Below are positions 10,090-18,590 of a stretch of DNA of 64,000 nucleotides, one piece after another. The notes under the pieces were generated by a model. It did no database searches. It worked only from the letters and a program-made list of their open reading frames with translations, and had not been told where the DNA came from. A program made the translations under genes and the position numbers. This stretch comes from an uncultured bacterium (GTDB lineage Bacteria > Krumholzibacteriota > Krumholzibacteriia > Krumholzibacteriales > CAZTHK01): positions 99,486 to 163,485 of the forward strand of contig CAZTHK010000001.1 in NCBI GenBank assembly GCA_964613215.1. Direction: 5' to 3'. Position 1 is the stretch's first letter; the number at the start of each line of letters is the position of its first letter.

Positions 10090-10989
10090 TCAGTGTTCCA
10101 GTATCCAGGCGTTCTCCTTTATCTCTCTCTGTACCTTCTCCAGCGCCCGGGAGGCTTCCTGCATGGTTTTGAATGAACCGCAGGTTACAGCGTTAAGGGT
10201 ACCTCCCTTGATGGGAATTAGCCTGGAATCGAATCCCTCCTGTTCCATCTTCCGGCTGTATCTTACCGCATTGTCTTTATTCTGGAATGCTCCCACTATA
10301 ATATGGAATCTTCCGGTTGCCTCCCCGGCGGTTTTTTCAGGGGGAGGGGGAGTTGTTTTCTTCTTTTCAGCTTCGGGCTTATCCCGCTTTTCCTCAGCTG
10401 CAGAGCCGGTTACCCGCTCCTTTGCGACTTCCTTCACCTTCTCCTCGGGTTCAATGCCGGCCACCGGCTTTTCCTCTATCCTGCCTTCCAGATAGTCTTC
10501 TATCCTGGTGATCTTTTCCCTGGGATATTGCTTATCCGGTTTGATCTTGGATGCTTTTATGAAGTAGCGCAGAACCTCCTGATATTTTTCCCTGAGTTTT
10601 TCACCTTCAAGGTTTTCCAGTGAAGCGAGAAGGCTCTCCGCCTCCTGGATAGCATTCTGATACATCTTATCCCTGTCCTTCTCCTGCATCAGGCTATCTA
10701 TCTCCAGCAGCCTTTCCCGGGGATACTTGATGGATGGTTTTATCTCGGAGGCTTCCCGGTAGTGTTCTCTGGCCTGCTGGTACTTGCCGGTGTTAAAGGC
10801 GACATCCGCCTCCTTGATCAGCTGGTTGTATCTGGCATCCTCATTTTTGAACAGATTGCCTCCAAAGATGATAACCACTATAAGTAATACGGCTATGGGT
10901 ACAATCCAGTATAGCATCTTCCTGGTGTTACCCGAGGGCATCTGCTCCTCTTCAAATTCATTCCCATTTTCCCGGGGATCATCTGTCAT
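10090..10989 (-). CDS. SPOR-domain (peptidoglycan-binding) membrane protein with repeated coiled-coil motifs
   Basis: C-terminal SPOR domain (…GRFHIIVGAFQNKDNAVRYSRKMEQEGFDSRLIP…), one TM helix, and two KP(S/D)xxYPRE(R/K) repeats. Start set at the ATG at 10987-10989, which is preceded by GGAGG; the ORF itself reaches 11067. Confidence 0.7.
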   Translation of the reverse strand: MTDDPRENGNEFEEEQMPSGNTRKMLYWIVPIAVLLIVVIIFGGNLFKNEDARYNQLIKEADVAFNTGKYQQAREHYREASEIKPSIKYPRERLLEIDSLMQEKDRDKMYQNAIQEAESLLASLENLEGEKLREKYQEVLRYFIKASKIKPDKQYPREKITRIEDYLEGRIEEKPVAGIEPEEKVKEVAKERVTGSAAEEKRDKPEAEKKKTTPPPPEKTAGEATGRFHIIVGAFQNKDNAVRYSRKMEQEGFDSRLIPIKGGTLNAVTCGSFKTMQEASRALEKVQREIKENAWILEH

Positions 10990-11294
10990 TTCTGCCTCCT
11001 TTATTATAACCTGTGTTCCCTGCTCTTCCGGTATTTTTATTTCATAGTAACACCATAATAATTGCAAGAAAAAAATCAGATGGGAATAAATTCCAGGGGG
11101 AAAGAGTCCTGTCTGTTAACGGCTCTCTGCTTACCCGGATTAATCCCAGCAGCCCCTCCGGCAGGCCGGCAGCCGGTTTCTGCCCTCCGGAAGCGGCAGG
11201 GAAAGTTTTTGCCATTACGTTTATATTCTGCTTTAATTTCCCAGTGGGTAGTGAGAGGATAATGCTTAATAATGGAAGCCTGTAAGGGGTGATA

Positions 11295-12128
11295 ATGAAA
11301 GAAGAACCTGAAGGTACGGATCTTTCCGTTGCTATTATCTCCTTCAACGAAGAGGAGAATATAGGAGCTGTTCTGGAAGCAGTGTCTGATATTGCGGATG
11401 AGATTGTGATCGTGGATTCCGGTTCCAACGACCGCACCAGGGAGATTGCCGGGAAATACGGTGCCCGGGTGTTCGTAGAGGAGTGGAAGGGATACCGGGA
11501 GCAGAAGAATTCGGCTCTGGAGAAGTGCAAATCAACCTGGATACTCTCCCTCGACTGTGACGAGATAGTTTCCGGAGAGTTGAAGGAGAGTATAGTTGAG
11601 GCAGTGAGGGAGGGAGGAATTGAGGGTGGAATAGTAAACCGGCGGACCATTTACGCCGGGAAGCTGCTCAAATATTCCTGGCAGCCGGACAGGAAGTTGA
11701 GACTGGTAAGGAGAGATGCCTCACCCTGCTGGGAGGGCGGCAGGGTGCACGAATCGCTTCATGTGGATGGCAGGACAGGAAGGTTAAAGGGTCCCCTGTA
11801 TCATTATCCCTACCGGGATATAGAGGATCATTTGAGAACCACCATTGATTACGCCCGTCTTGCTGCCTCTACCTATCTGGAGTCGGGGGGTAGATTCCAC
11901 CTGTTCAAGCTGCTGGTGAACCCGCTGTATAAGATGTTCCAGAGGTATATATTGCAGAGGGGTTTCATGGACGGGGCGAGGGGGCTGATTATCGCTTTCA
12001 GTGCATTTGTTTACACTTATGCAAAGTATGTATATGTATGGGAGCTCGAAAAGGGCCGGGATAAGGGGGATGCCCCGGGTAATTCTCCCCGGAGGATAAA
12101 GAGAAGTCCTCCCGGGGCAGGCAGTTGA
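11295..12128 (+). CDS. Family 2 glycosyltransferase (KdtX/WaaE-like, LPS core type)
   Basis: GT2 N-terminal signature (LSVAIISFNEEENIGAVLEAV…IVIVDSGSNDRT). ATG at 11295 is preceded by AAGGGG; the ORF opens at a GTG at 11289. Confidence 0.85.
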   Translation: MKEEPEGTDLSVAIISFNEEENIGAVLEAVSDIADEIVIVDSGSNDRTREIAGKYGARVFVEEWKGYREQKNSALEKCKSTWILSLDCDEIVSGELKESIVEAVREGGIEGGIVNRRTIYAGKLLKYSWQPDRKLRLVRRDASPCWEGGRVHESLHVDGRTGRLKGPLYHYPYRDIEDHLRTTIDYARLAASTYLESGGRFHLFKLLVNPLYKMFQRYILQRGFMDGARGLIIAFSAFVYTYAKYVYVWELEKGRDKGDAPGNSPRRIKRSPPGAGS

Positions 12129-12343
12129 ATGTTTCCTCTGAAGATGACTGTCTGAAGAAGATAATTGAAGAGCAGGATTTAGTAACCAGCACAGTAGCAG
12201 GGGGACTGTTTTATAGCCATGAGTTTCAGATAGCCCTTTTGATCAGGATTGTTTTATCGATATCAGGCTCAGTCTCGGTAACGGGATAGTTCAGCTGCCA
12301 AAATGTTTGTGGTTTAACATAAAGGTTTGATCTTGTCACAGTT

Positions 12344-13438
12344 ATGAAAGTTTGTTTCTTTAACAGCAATATGGAATGGGGGGGAGGAGAACTATGGCAT
12401 CTGGACAGTGCCAGGGGGCTTCTGGAGAGGGGGCATGATATTGTGGTTGCAGCACACCGGAGGGGGGTTCTGTACGGAAGGCTGAAAGAGTGGGGGATTC
12501 CGCGGAGGGGAGTGGTCATATCCAACTCCAGTTTCCTTAATCCGTTAAAGATTCTCACGCTGAAGGATTTTTTCGCCGGAAGTGATGTGGATGCAGTAAT
12601 CCTGAATCTTCCGGCCGATCTGAAAGCCGCCGGTATAGCAGCCAGACTGGCTGGAGTGGAAAAGATAATATACCGCAGGGGGATAGCTCTGCCGGTGAGA
12701 AACACCATGTTAAACCGTCTTCTCTACGGCAGGATTATCACCCGCCTGCTGGTCAATTCGAAGGAGACCAAACGGATGGTACTCCGAAATAACAGCAGAT
12801 TGATGGATTCCGGCAGGATTGAGTTGATATATAATGGAATAGATCTTAGCCGGTTCGGCACTTCTGAGGTGGATCCACTGTACCGTGGGAAGAATGATGA
12901 AATTGTGCTGGGGTCGGCCGGGAGATTGACCGAGCAGAAGAATCACAGGTTTCTTCTCAGGCTGGCCGCCCGGTTGAGGGACAGGGGAATGAAGTTCCGG
13001 TTGCTGATCGCCGGCCAGGGTGAACTGGAGGATGAACTGAAGAAATATGCGGCCCGCCTTAATATAATAGAAAATATAGTATTTCAGGGATTCATTGAGG
13101 ATATGCGGAGGTTTATGAAGTCGATAGATATATTCCTCTTCCCCTCACTCTGGGAGGGTTTCGGGTATGCCCTCGCAGAGGCCATGGCCGCCGGGAAACC
13201 CATAGTTGCGTTCAATACCAGCAGCAATCCCGAACTGGTGGAGAATGGTGTCAATGGCTACCTGGTGGATGTTGGTGCTGTGGAGGCTTTTGCGGATAAA
13301 ACCGAAATACTGGCTTCAGACGGTGATCTCAGGGAAGAGATGGGAATGAAAGGCCTGGAAAGAGTCAGAAGGGACTTCACCCGGAATGGCATGATCGACA
13401 GGCTGGAAGCAATCCTTCATGATCAGGGGGATACCTGA
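12344..13438 (+). CDS. Family 4 (GT-B) glycosyltransferase
   Basis: GT4-like N-terminus (MKVCFFNSNMEWGGGE) and C-terminal E-x7-E region (…FPSLWEGFGYALAEAMAAGKPIVA…). Confidence 0.85.
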   Translation: MKVCFFNSNMEWGGGELWHLDSARGLLERGHDIVVAAHRRGVLYGRLKEWGIPRRGVVISNSSFLNPLKILTLKDFFAGSDVDAVILNLPADLKAAGIAARLAGVEKIIYRRGIALPVRNTMLNRLLYGRIITRLLVNSKETKRMVLRNNSRLMDSGRIELIYNGIDLSRFGTSEVDPLYRGKNDEIVLGSAGRLTEQKNHRFLLRLAARLRDRGMKFRLLIAGQGELEDELKKYAARLNIIENIVFQGFIEDMRRFMKSIDIFLFPSLWEGFGYALAEAMAAGKPIVAFNTSSNPELVENGVNGYLVDVGAVEAFADKTEILASDGDLREEMGMKGLERVRRDFTRNGMIDRLEAILHDQGDT

Positions 13439-13484
13439 TATTATCTGTCTACTGATGCTGACTTTAATGTAAATCAGGTTATCC

Positions 13485-13513
13485 TTGACAATTATGTTAT
13501 AGTGTAATATAAG
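13485..13513 (+). promoter_or_regulatory. Sigma70-type promoter for the ArsR-family gene: -35 TTGACA (13485-13490), 17-nt spacer, -10 TATAAG (13508-13513)
   Basis: Near-consensus hexamers read directly from the sequence. The first ATG of the regulator (13522) lies about 8 nt downstream of the -10 box with no Shine-Dalgarno, so the mRNA would be leaderless. Confidence 0.5.
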
Positions 13514-13521
13514 TGTCTGTC

Positions 13522-13875
13522 ATGCGAGTTAAGAATAATAAAATTTTCGAGTTACACGCAGCATTCTGCAAGACCCTGGCCAATCCCAAGAGGCTGATTA
13601 TCATTACAGCCCTGGAAAAGAAGGAGATGACCGTGGGAGAGCTGGCCAAACTGCTGGAAACCTCGCTATCCACCACCAGCCAGCATCTGAAGATACTCCG
13701 GGACAGGGATATTGTGGATGTAAAGAAGGATGGCAAGAAATCTTACTATTTTCTCAATGACAAGGAGTTAGTCTACGCCACTAACAGGATAAGAGAGATC
13801 ATCCTTAAGCTTTACCGGAAGAAAGGGGAGGTTATCGATTACGATTTTACATCCAGGGAACACATTGTAGATTAA
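13522..13875 (+). CDS. ArsR/SmtB-family winged-helix transcriptional regulator
   Basis: …LANPKRLIIITALEKKEMTVGELAKLLETSLSTTSQHLKILRDRDIV… is a typical ArsR HTH. It has a single Cys and lacks the SqrR/BigR Cys pair. ATG 13522 chosen; the ORF opens at a GTG at 13513. Confidence 0.85.
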   Translation: MRVKNNKIFELHAAFCKTLANPKRLIIITALEKKEMTVGELAKLLETSLSTTSQHLKILRDRDIVDVKKDGKKSYYFLNDKELVYATNRIREIILKLYRKKGEVIDYDFTSREHIVD

Positions 13876-13898
13876 TTTTTTTTGCTGTTATAATTTAG

Positions 13899-13920
13899 CA
13901 ATTTATAAATTTATGAATTG
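13899..13920. promoter_or_regulatory. 22-bp near-perfect palindrome CAATTTATAAATTTATGAATTG (20/22 symmetric), candidate ArsR-family operator, just downstream of a TATAAT box (13889-13894) and upstream of the dsrE-like gene
   Basis: Read directly. The palindrome sits between a consensus -10 hexamer and the RBS/ATG of the next gene at 13947, which is the classic repressor-operator position. Confidence 0.4.
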
Positions 13921-13946
13921 TTTAATTAAACAAGAAGGAGAATTGT

Positions 13947-14369
13947 ATGGCAACTAAGATGACCATCGGACTTTTCTCGGGGAGTCTGGACAGATTAACA
14001 GCGGCCGGAATAGTTCTGAGCGGAGCGGCCGCGGACGATATGGATGTGGAGGTGTTTGTTCTGCTTCAGGGGGCCAGGGCATTCAAGAAGGATATAGCCG
14101 AAGACAGGGAACAGCTCAAACTTGCCGAGAACGATCATCTCAGAGAGGAATTCCTGGAATCCCTGGACCGCCTCAAGGTCAATCCCTGGCTGGATTTTTT
14201 CAGGGAAGCAAGGGAACTGACCAACGTCAGGATACACATCTGTGGACTGGCTGGTAAGATATGGGGAGGGGAGAGGCTGGAGGATTTTGTCGACATCGCA
14301 GATGATATCTGCGGAATCGGAGAATATATCACCTCCGCTGAAGAGGCGGATATTCATCTGTTTATCTAG
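13947..14369 (+). CDS. DsrE/DsrF/TusD-like (YchN-fold) sulfur-relay protein
   Basis: 140-aa protein with the DsrE-like pattern (…IGLFSGSLDRLTAAGIVLSGAA…VFVLLQGA…RIHICGLAG…), including a conserved Cys in the ICGLAG loop. Good RBS (AAGGAG). Confidence 0.65.
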   Translation: MATKMTIGLFSGSLDRLTAAGIVLSGAAADDMDVEVFVLLQGARAFKKDIAEDREQLKLAENDHLREEFLESLDRLKVNPWLDFFREARELTNVRIHICGLAGKIWGGERLEDFVDIADDICGIGEYITSAEEADIHLFI

Positions 14370-14387
14370 AGAGGAAAGGTTGGAACA

Positions 14388-14639
14388 ATGGATAGTGAAG
14401 AACTTAAGAATATGGAAGCCAATGAGAAAGTGGATGCCAGGGGTACTGCCTGTCCCGGCCCCCTGCTGGCTGCGAAGAAGGCCATCGGAAAGATAGACAG
14501 TGGAGAAACCATGGAGATACTGTCATCCGATGAGGGAACCAAAAGGGATGTTCCCAAGTGGGCCCGGAAGAAGGGGCATGAATACCTGGGAACAGTGGAT
14601 GAATCGGGATACTTCAGGATATTTCTGAAGAAGAAATAA
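14388..14639 (+). CDS. tusA: TusA-family sulfur carrier protein
   Basis: 83-aa protein with the canonical CPxP motif (DARGTACPGPLLAAKKAI). RBS GAGGAAAGG upstream. Confidence 0.85.
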   Translation: MDSEELKNMEANEKVDARGTACPGPLLAAKKAIGKIDSGETMEILSSDEGTKRDVPKWARKKGHEYLGTVDESGYFRIFLKKK

Positions 14640-14640
14640 C

Positions 14641-15045
14641 GTGGCAAACGGGGCTGACATACTGGTATTCTCCACGGAGAAGATTTCTGATCCGGCCATA
14701 GATATGGCGGGTTTGCTTAAACTTCATTATCCCCCTTCCGTTTATGTGATAACCGTCCCCTGCTCAAGTTCTATCAAGCCCAGATGGATAATGCATGCTT
14801 TTCACAAGGGATTCGGCGGTGTATTTATTGCCGCCGACGGAACCGATTGTCCATACAGTGACAGATGCACCGGGATGACCGGGGAAATCGTTTCCAATAC
14901 ACATGAACTGATGAAGAAGGAGGACATAGACCCGGCCCGGCTCAGGATGGCAGCCATATGTTCAGTCTGTTCTGAAAGTTTTGTCAGGCATATGAAGAAC
15001 TTTGCCGGATTTCTGTCAGATTCTGAAGGAGAAGGCATAGAGTAG
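14641..15045 (+). CDS. MvhD/FlpD-like hydrogenase delta-subunit-type [2Fe-2S] protein (split-off C-terminal module of QmoB/HdrA)
   Basis: GTG start 1 nt after the tusA stop. The protein aligns by eye to MvhD (…ILVFSTEK…HYPPSVYVITVPCSS…GGVFIAADGTDCPYSDRC…) and has conserved Cys residues. Confidence 0.7.
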   Translation: MANGADILVFSTEKISDPAIDMAGLLKLHYPPSVYVITVPCSSSIKPRWIMHAFHKGFGGVFIAADGTDCPYSDRCTGMTGEIVSNTHELMKKEDIDPARLRMAAICSVCSESFVRHMKNFAGFLSDSEGEGIE

Positions 15046-15046
15046 T

Positions 15047-16354
15047 ATGGAAAAGCAAATTCCGGAGAATAAATATGATGTACTGGTGGTAGGGGGTGGA
15101 ATAGCGGGGCAGGAGGCTGCTCTCAATATGGGGAACCTGGGCTACCGGGTCCTCCTGGTGGAGAAGGACCTCTCCATAGGGGGGAAGATGATCCTTTTGA
15201 GCAAGGTTTTTCCCACCCTCGATTGTGCCGCCTGTATCGCCACACCTAAGATGTCGGAGACGGCAAGGCATCCCAATATATCCATTTATACCAACAGCCG
15301 TATCAGGGGGATCAGAAAGAACTCAGATGAATCTTTTCAGGCCGGTCTGGTGATTAAGCCCCGGTATGTGGATGAGAAAGCCTGCACCGGATGTCAGGAC
15401 TGCGAAGAGGTATGCCCGGTGGTGGTAAGAGATCAGTATCAGTATGATCTGGTAGGGCGGAAGGCGGCTTTTATACCCTTCAGTGTTGCCAGCCCCCGGA
15501 TAGCCAGCATAGATATTGACAACTGCATACTCTGCGGGGCATGTGAGAAGGCCTGCCCTGCCGGTGCCATAGATTTCAGCAGGGAAGAAGAGGAGATACC
15601 GGTCAGGGTTAAGTCGGTGATACTGGCTACCGGTTTTCACCTCTTCGATCCCACTCAGATGGAACGGTACGGCTACGGGAAGTATAGGAATGTAATAACC
15701 TCCATGCAGATGGAGAGACAGCTGGTCCCAACCAGGCCCTACAACAACGTGCTCAGGCCGGGGGACGGCAAGATGCCGGATGATATAGCTTATGTTCTTT
15801 GCACCGGATCGAGGGATGACACGGTTGGCACACCGATATGCTCCCAGATATGCTGCATGTATTCCATAAAACAGGCTCAACTGATAATGGGCGCTCTGCC
15901 CATGGCGGATGTGACAATATACTATATTGATATCAGGGCCTTCGGAAAGGGATTCGAAGAATTCTACAACCAGGCCAGGGATATGGGGGTTTCATTCATC
16001 AAGGGGAAGATAGGAGAGATCGAGGGAGAGGTTGATGGCGATCTTACCCTTAAGTATGAGGATGTTGAAACCAGCACCTACCGGGAGGCTCAGCACGATA
16101 TGGTGGTGCTGTCGGTAGGGGTAATGGCAAACCGCGATCCGGCCGGATTCTTCCGTGAGAGGGCTCTGGAGCTGGATCAGTATGGATTTGTCAGGCAGTT
16201 GGATGAGCTTGCCAATCCTGCCAGAACCAGTATCGAAGGGGTGTTTGCCGCCGGGACGGCTACAGCACCAATGGATATACCGGATTCCATAGCATCAGCC
16301 GGTGCGGCTGCGGCGGAGGCGGCGGGCTACCTGAAATCGAAGGGGATAAAATGA
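15047..16354 (+). CDS. HdrA-type FAD/Fe-S flavoprotein, QmoA-like
   Basis: FAD fold VLVVGGGIAGQEAA. HdrA non-cubane cluster signature CTGSRDDTVGTPICSQICC. Inserted ferredoxin motifs CTGCQDCEEVCP and CILCGACEKACP. Confidence 0.85.
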   Translation: MEKQIPENKYDVLVVGGGIAGQEAALNMGNLGYRVLLVEKDLSIGGKMILLSKVFPTLDCAACIATPKMSETARHPNISIYTNSRIRGIRKNSDESFQAGLVIKPRYVDEKACTGCQDCEEVCPVVVRDQYQYDLVGRKAAFIPFSVASPRIASIDIDNCILCGACEKACPAGAIDFSREEEEIPVRVKSVILATGFHLFDPTQMERYGYGKYRNVITSMQMERQLVPTRPYNNVLRPGDGKMPDDIAYVLCTGSRDDTVGTPICSQICCMYSIKQAQLIMGALPMADVTIYYIDIRAFGKGFEEFYNQARDMGVSFIKGKIGEIEGEVDGDLTLKYEDVETSTYREAQHDMVVLSVGVMANRDPAGFFRERALELDQYGFVRQLDELANPARTSIEGVFAAGTATAPMDIPDSIASAGAAAAEAAGYLKSKGIK

Positions 16355-18309
16355 GGGAGAGGATCGGAGTATATATATGCCACTGTGGTTCCAACATATC
16401 CGATTATGTTGATGTGGAGGCGGTAAGGGAGGCGGTGTCCGGAGAGGAGGGTGTGGCCCTTGCTAAAACCACCATGTTCGCCTGTGCCGATTCGGCCCAG
16501 AGTGAGATGGTAAGTGATATAAAGGAGAATCAGCTGGATGGCCTGGTGGTTGCTTCATGCTCTCCCAAGCTCCACCTCTACACCTTCAGAAATGTGGCTG
16601 AGAGGGCCGGGTTGAATCCATTCAACTATGTTCAGGCAAATATAAGAGAGCAGGTTTCCTGGGCTCATTCCGACAGGCCCGAACAGGCCACCCGCAAGGC
16701 CATCCGGGTGGTGAAATCGGCCATTTCCAGGGCGAGGCTGTCAAAGCCGCTGACCCCCCCCACCATATCATCCGAAAATGTGGTTCTGGTAGTGGGTGCT
16801 GGAGTAGCAGGGATGAGGACCGCCATAGAACTGGCCGATATGGGATCCCATGTTTACCTGATAGAGAAGGATCATTTTGCCGGCGGCAGGGTTGCTCAAT
16901 GGGGAGGAGTGTACGGAACCGATGAGAGGGGGTATGAGATAACTGCCAGGCTGTATGATGAGGTAAAGGCAAGGGATAGAATTAATCTTTTCACCGGTAC
17001 CGGGATAGAATTTGTATCGGGAAGTGTGGGCAACTTCGAGGTAACCCTGAAGAAGCATCCCCGCAATTTTTCGCAGGAGGGAGTTGATACGGATACTCCG
17101 GAATTCAGGGAGAAGCTGTCCCGGGCCATGGAGGCCTGCCCCGAAGAAGTACCCGATCCCTTTGATTTCGGGCTGACCGGCAGAAGGGCCATTTATCCCA
17201 ATCATCCCGGGCAGTATCCGGCCATCCCTGCCATAGATGGTCAGGCCTGTACCCGCTGCGGCAAGTGCGAGGAGATACTTCCGGGGGTTGACCTGAATCA
17301 GGAGGAGGAATCGATCACTGTCAGTGTGGGAGCAATTGTGCTGTGCACCGGTTTCGATCCCTACCAGCCATCCCACGGGGAATTCGGCTACGGTGAGATA
17401 GATAATGTTATAACCCTTCAGGAATTCAGAAGGCTGATCTCACTGAGTGAGGGTGGCAAGCTGACCTATAATAACAGAAGGATAAATAATATTTCCTATA
17501 TATACTGTGTGGGAAGCAGGCAGATAGAGGGGGAGAATAAATACTGTTCCAGATACTGCTGCTCTTCGGCAATCTACACTGCCATTATGGCCGGGGAGAA
17601 GTTCAAGGATATCAAGAACTTCCATTTCCACAGGGGGATAAGAAGCTACGGCAAACAGGAGTCACTGTACCAGGAATCATCCGCCAGTGGGGATATATAT
17701 TTCCAGTGCTCTGACGATGAGATTCCCAGTGTGGGGCAGGATGGTGGTGAAACGGTGGTAAAGATAAACGATATATTGACTTCTGGAAGGGAGATAGAGG
17801 TTGAGTCGGATCTGGTGGTTCTGGTAACCGGGATGGAGCCCGGAAGCAATGGCACCCTGGTTGACCTTCTGAAAGTTCCCCTGGGCAGGGACGGTTTCTT
17901 CAATGAGGTCCACCCCAAGTTGAAACCGGTGGAGATTGTTATGGACGGTATCTTTATTGCCGGCACCTGCCATTCACCCAAGAATATTACCGAGACCATG
18001 AACTCCGCCCTCTCCGCCGCAGTTAAGTCTAATTCACTGATAAGTGCAGGCGAGATCGAACTGGAACCGGCTATGGCCCGGATCGACCCGGCCCTGTGCG
18101 AATGGTGCGGGAAGTGCAGTGAAGCTTGCCCCTTCGATGCTATCATAAGGGAAGAAGCTGAAGATAAAGTGATCGCCTCTGTGAGTGAAGCTAACTGCAA
18201 GGGATGCGGGATGTGCCTCCCGGTGTGTCCGGTGAATGCCATCCAGTTGACCGGCAATTCCGATGCAGAGATAGAGAGCATGATAGACGCTCTGATACAG
18301 CAGGAATAG
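16351..18309 (+). CDS. HdrA-type FAD/Fe-S flavoprotein, QmoB-like (lacks fused MvhD domain)
   Basis: ATGA overlap with the preceding gene. FAD fold VVLVVGAGVAGM. HdrA signature CVGSRQIEGENKYCSRYCC. C-terminal 2x[4Fe-4S] motifs CEWCGKCSEACP and CKGCGMCLPVCP. TAG stop. Confidence 0.85.
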   Translation: MRERIGVYICHCGSNISDYVDVEAVREAVSGEEGVALAKTTMFACADSAQSEMVSDIKENQLDGLVVASCSPKLHLYTFRNVAERAGLNPFNYVQANIREQVSWAHSDRPEQATRKAIRVVKSAISRARLSKPLTPPTISSENVVLVVGAGVAGMRTAIELADMGSHVYLIEKDHFAGGRVAQWGGVYGTDERGYEITARLYDEVKARDRINLFTGTGIEFVSGSVGNFEVTLKKHPRNFSQEGVDTDTPEFREKLSRAMEACPEEVPDPFDFGLTGRRAIYPNHPGQYPAIPAIDGQACTRCGKCEEILPGVDLNQEEESITVSVGAIVLCTGFDPYQPSHGEFGYGEIDNVITLQEFRRLISLSEGGKLTYNNRRINNISYIYCVGSRQIEGENKYCSRYCCSSAIYTAIMAGEKFKDIKNFHFHRGIRSYGKQESLYQESSASGDIYFQCSDDEIPSVGQDGGETVVKINDILTSGREIEVESDLVVLVTGMEPGSNGTLVDLLKVPLGRDGFFNEVHPKLKPVEIVMDGIFIAGTCHSPKNITETMNSALSAAVKSNSLISAGEIELEPAMARIDPALCEWCGKCSEACPFDAIIREEAEDKVIASVSEANCKGCGMCLPVCPVNAIQLTGNSDAEIESMIDALIQQE

Positions 18310-18313
18310 AAAA

Positions 18314-18589
18314 GTGAGTGAGAATAGAACAGTAGATATAATGAAGAAGAAGAGAAAGGTCCCCGGAGAAGTGAGGGAGGGGATGAAGAATTTCAACCGG
18401 ATCAAGAAGACCATTCTCGAGGTCCTCAGGGAGGGTCCGGCTACCATTCCCGGGATTGCCGGCAAGACAGGAATGTCTCAACATATAGTGACTTATCACC
18501 TTATGACAATGATGAAGTATGGAGTGGTGGAGGCGGACAGGCCGGATGATATGGATGAGTATTATTATTACAGAGTGAAGGAAAATTGA
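18314..18589 (+). CDS. Small winged-helix DNA-binding protein (possibly only 68 aa, from the ATG at 18383, which has a strong RBS GAGGGAGGGG)
   Basis: HTH-like …TIPGIAGKTGMSQHIVTYHLMTMMKYGVVEA…. It sits 4 nt after the qmoB-like gene and 1 nt before the qmoC-like gene. Confidence 0.55.
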   Translation: MSENRTVDIMKKKRKVPGEVREGMKNFNRIKKTILEVLREGPATIPGIAGKTGMSQHIVTYHLMTMMKYGVVEADRPDDMDEYYYYRVKEN

Positions 18590-18590
18590 T

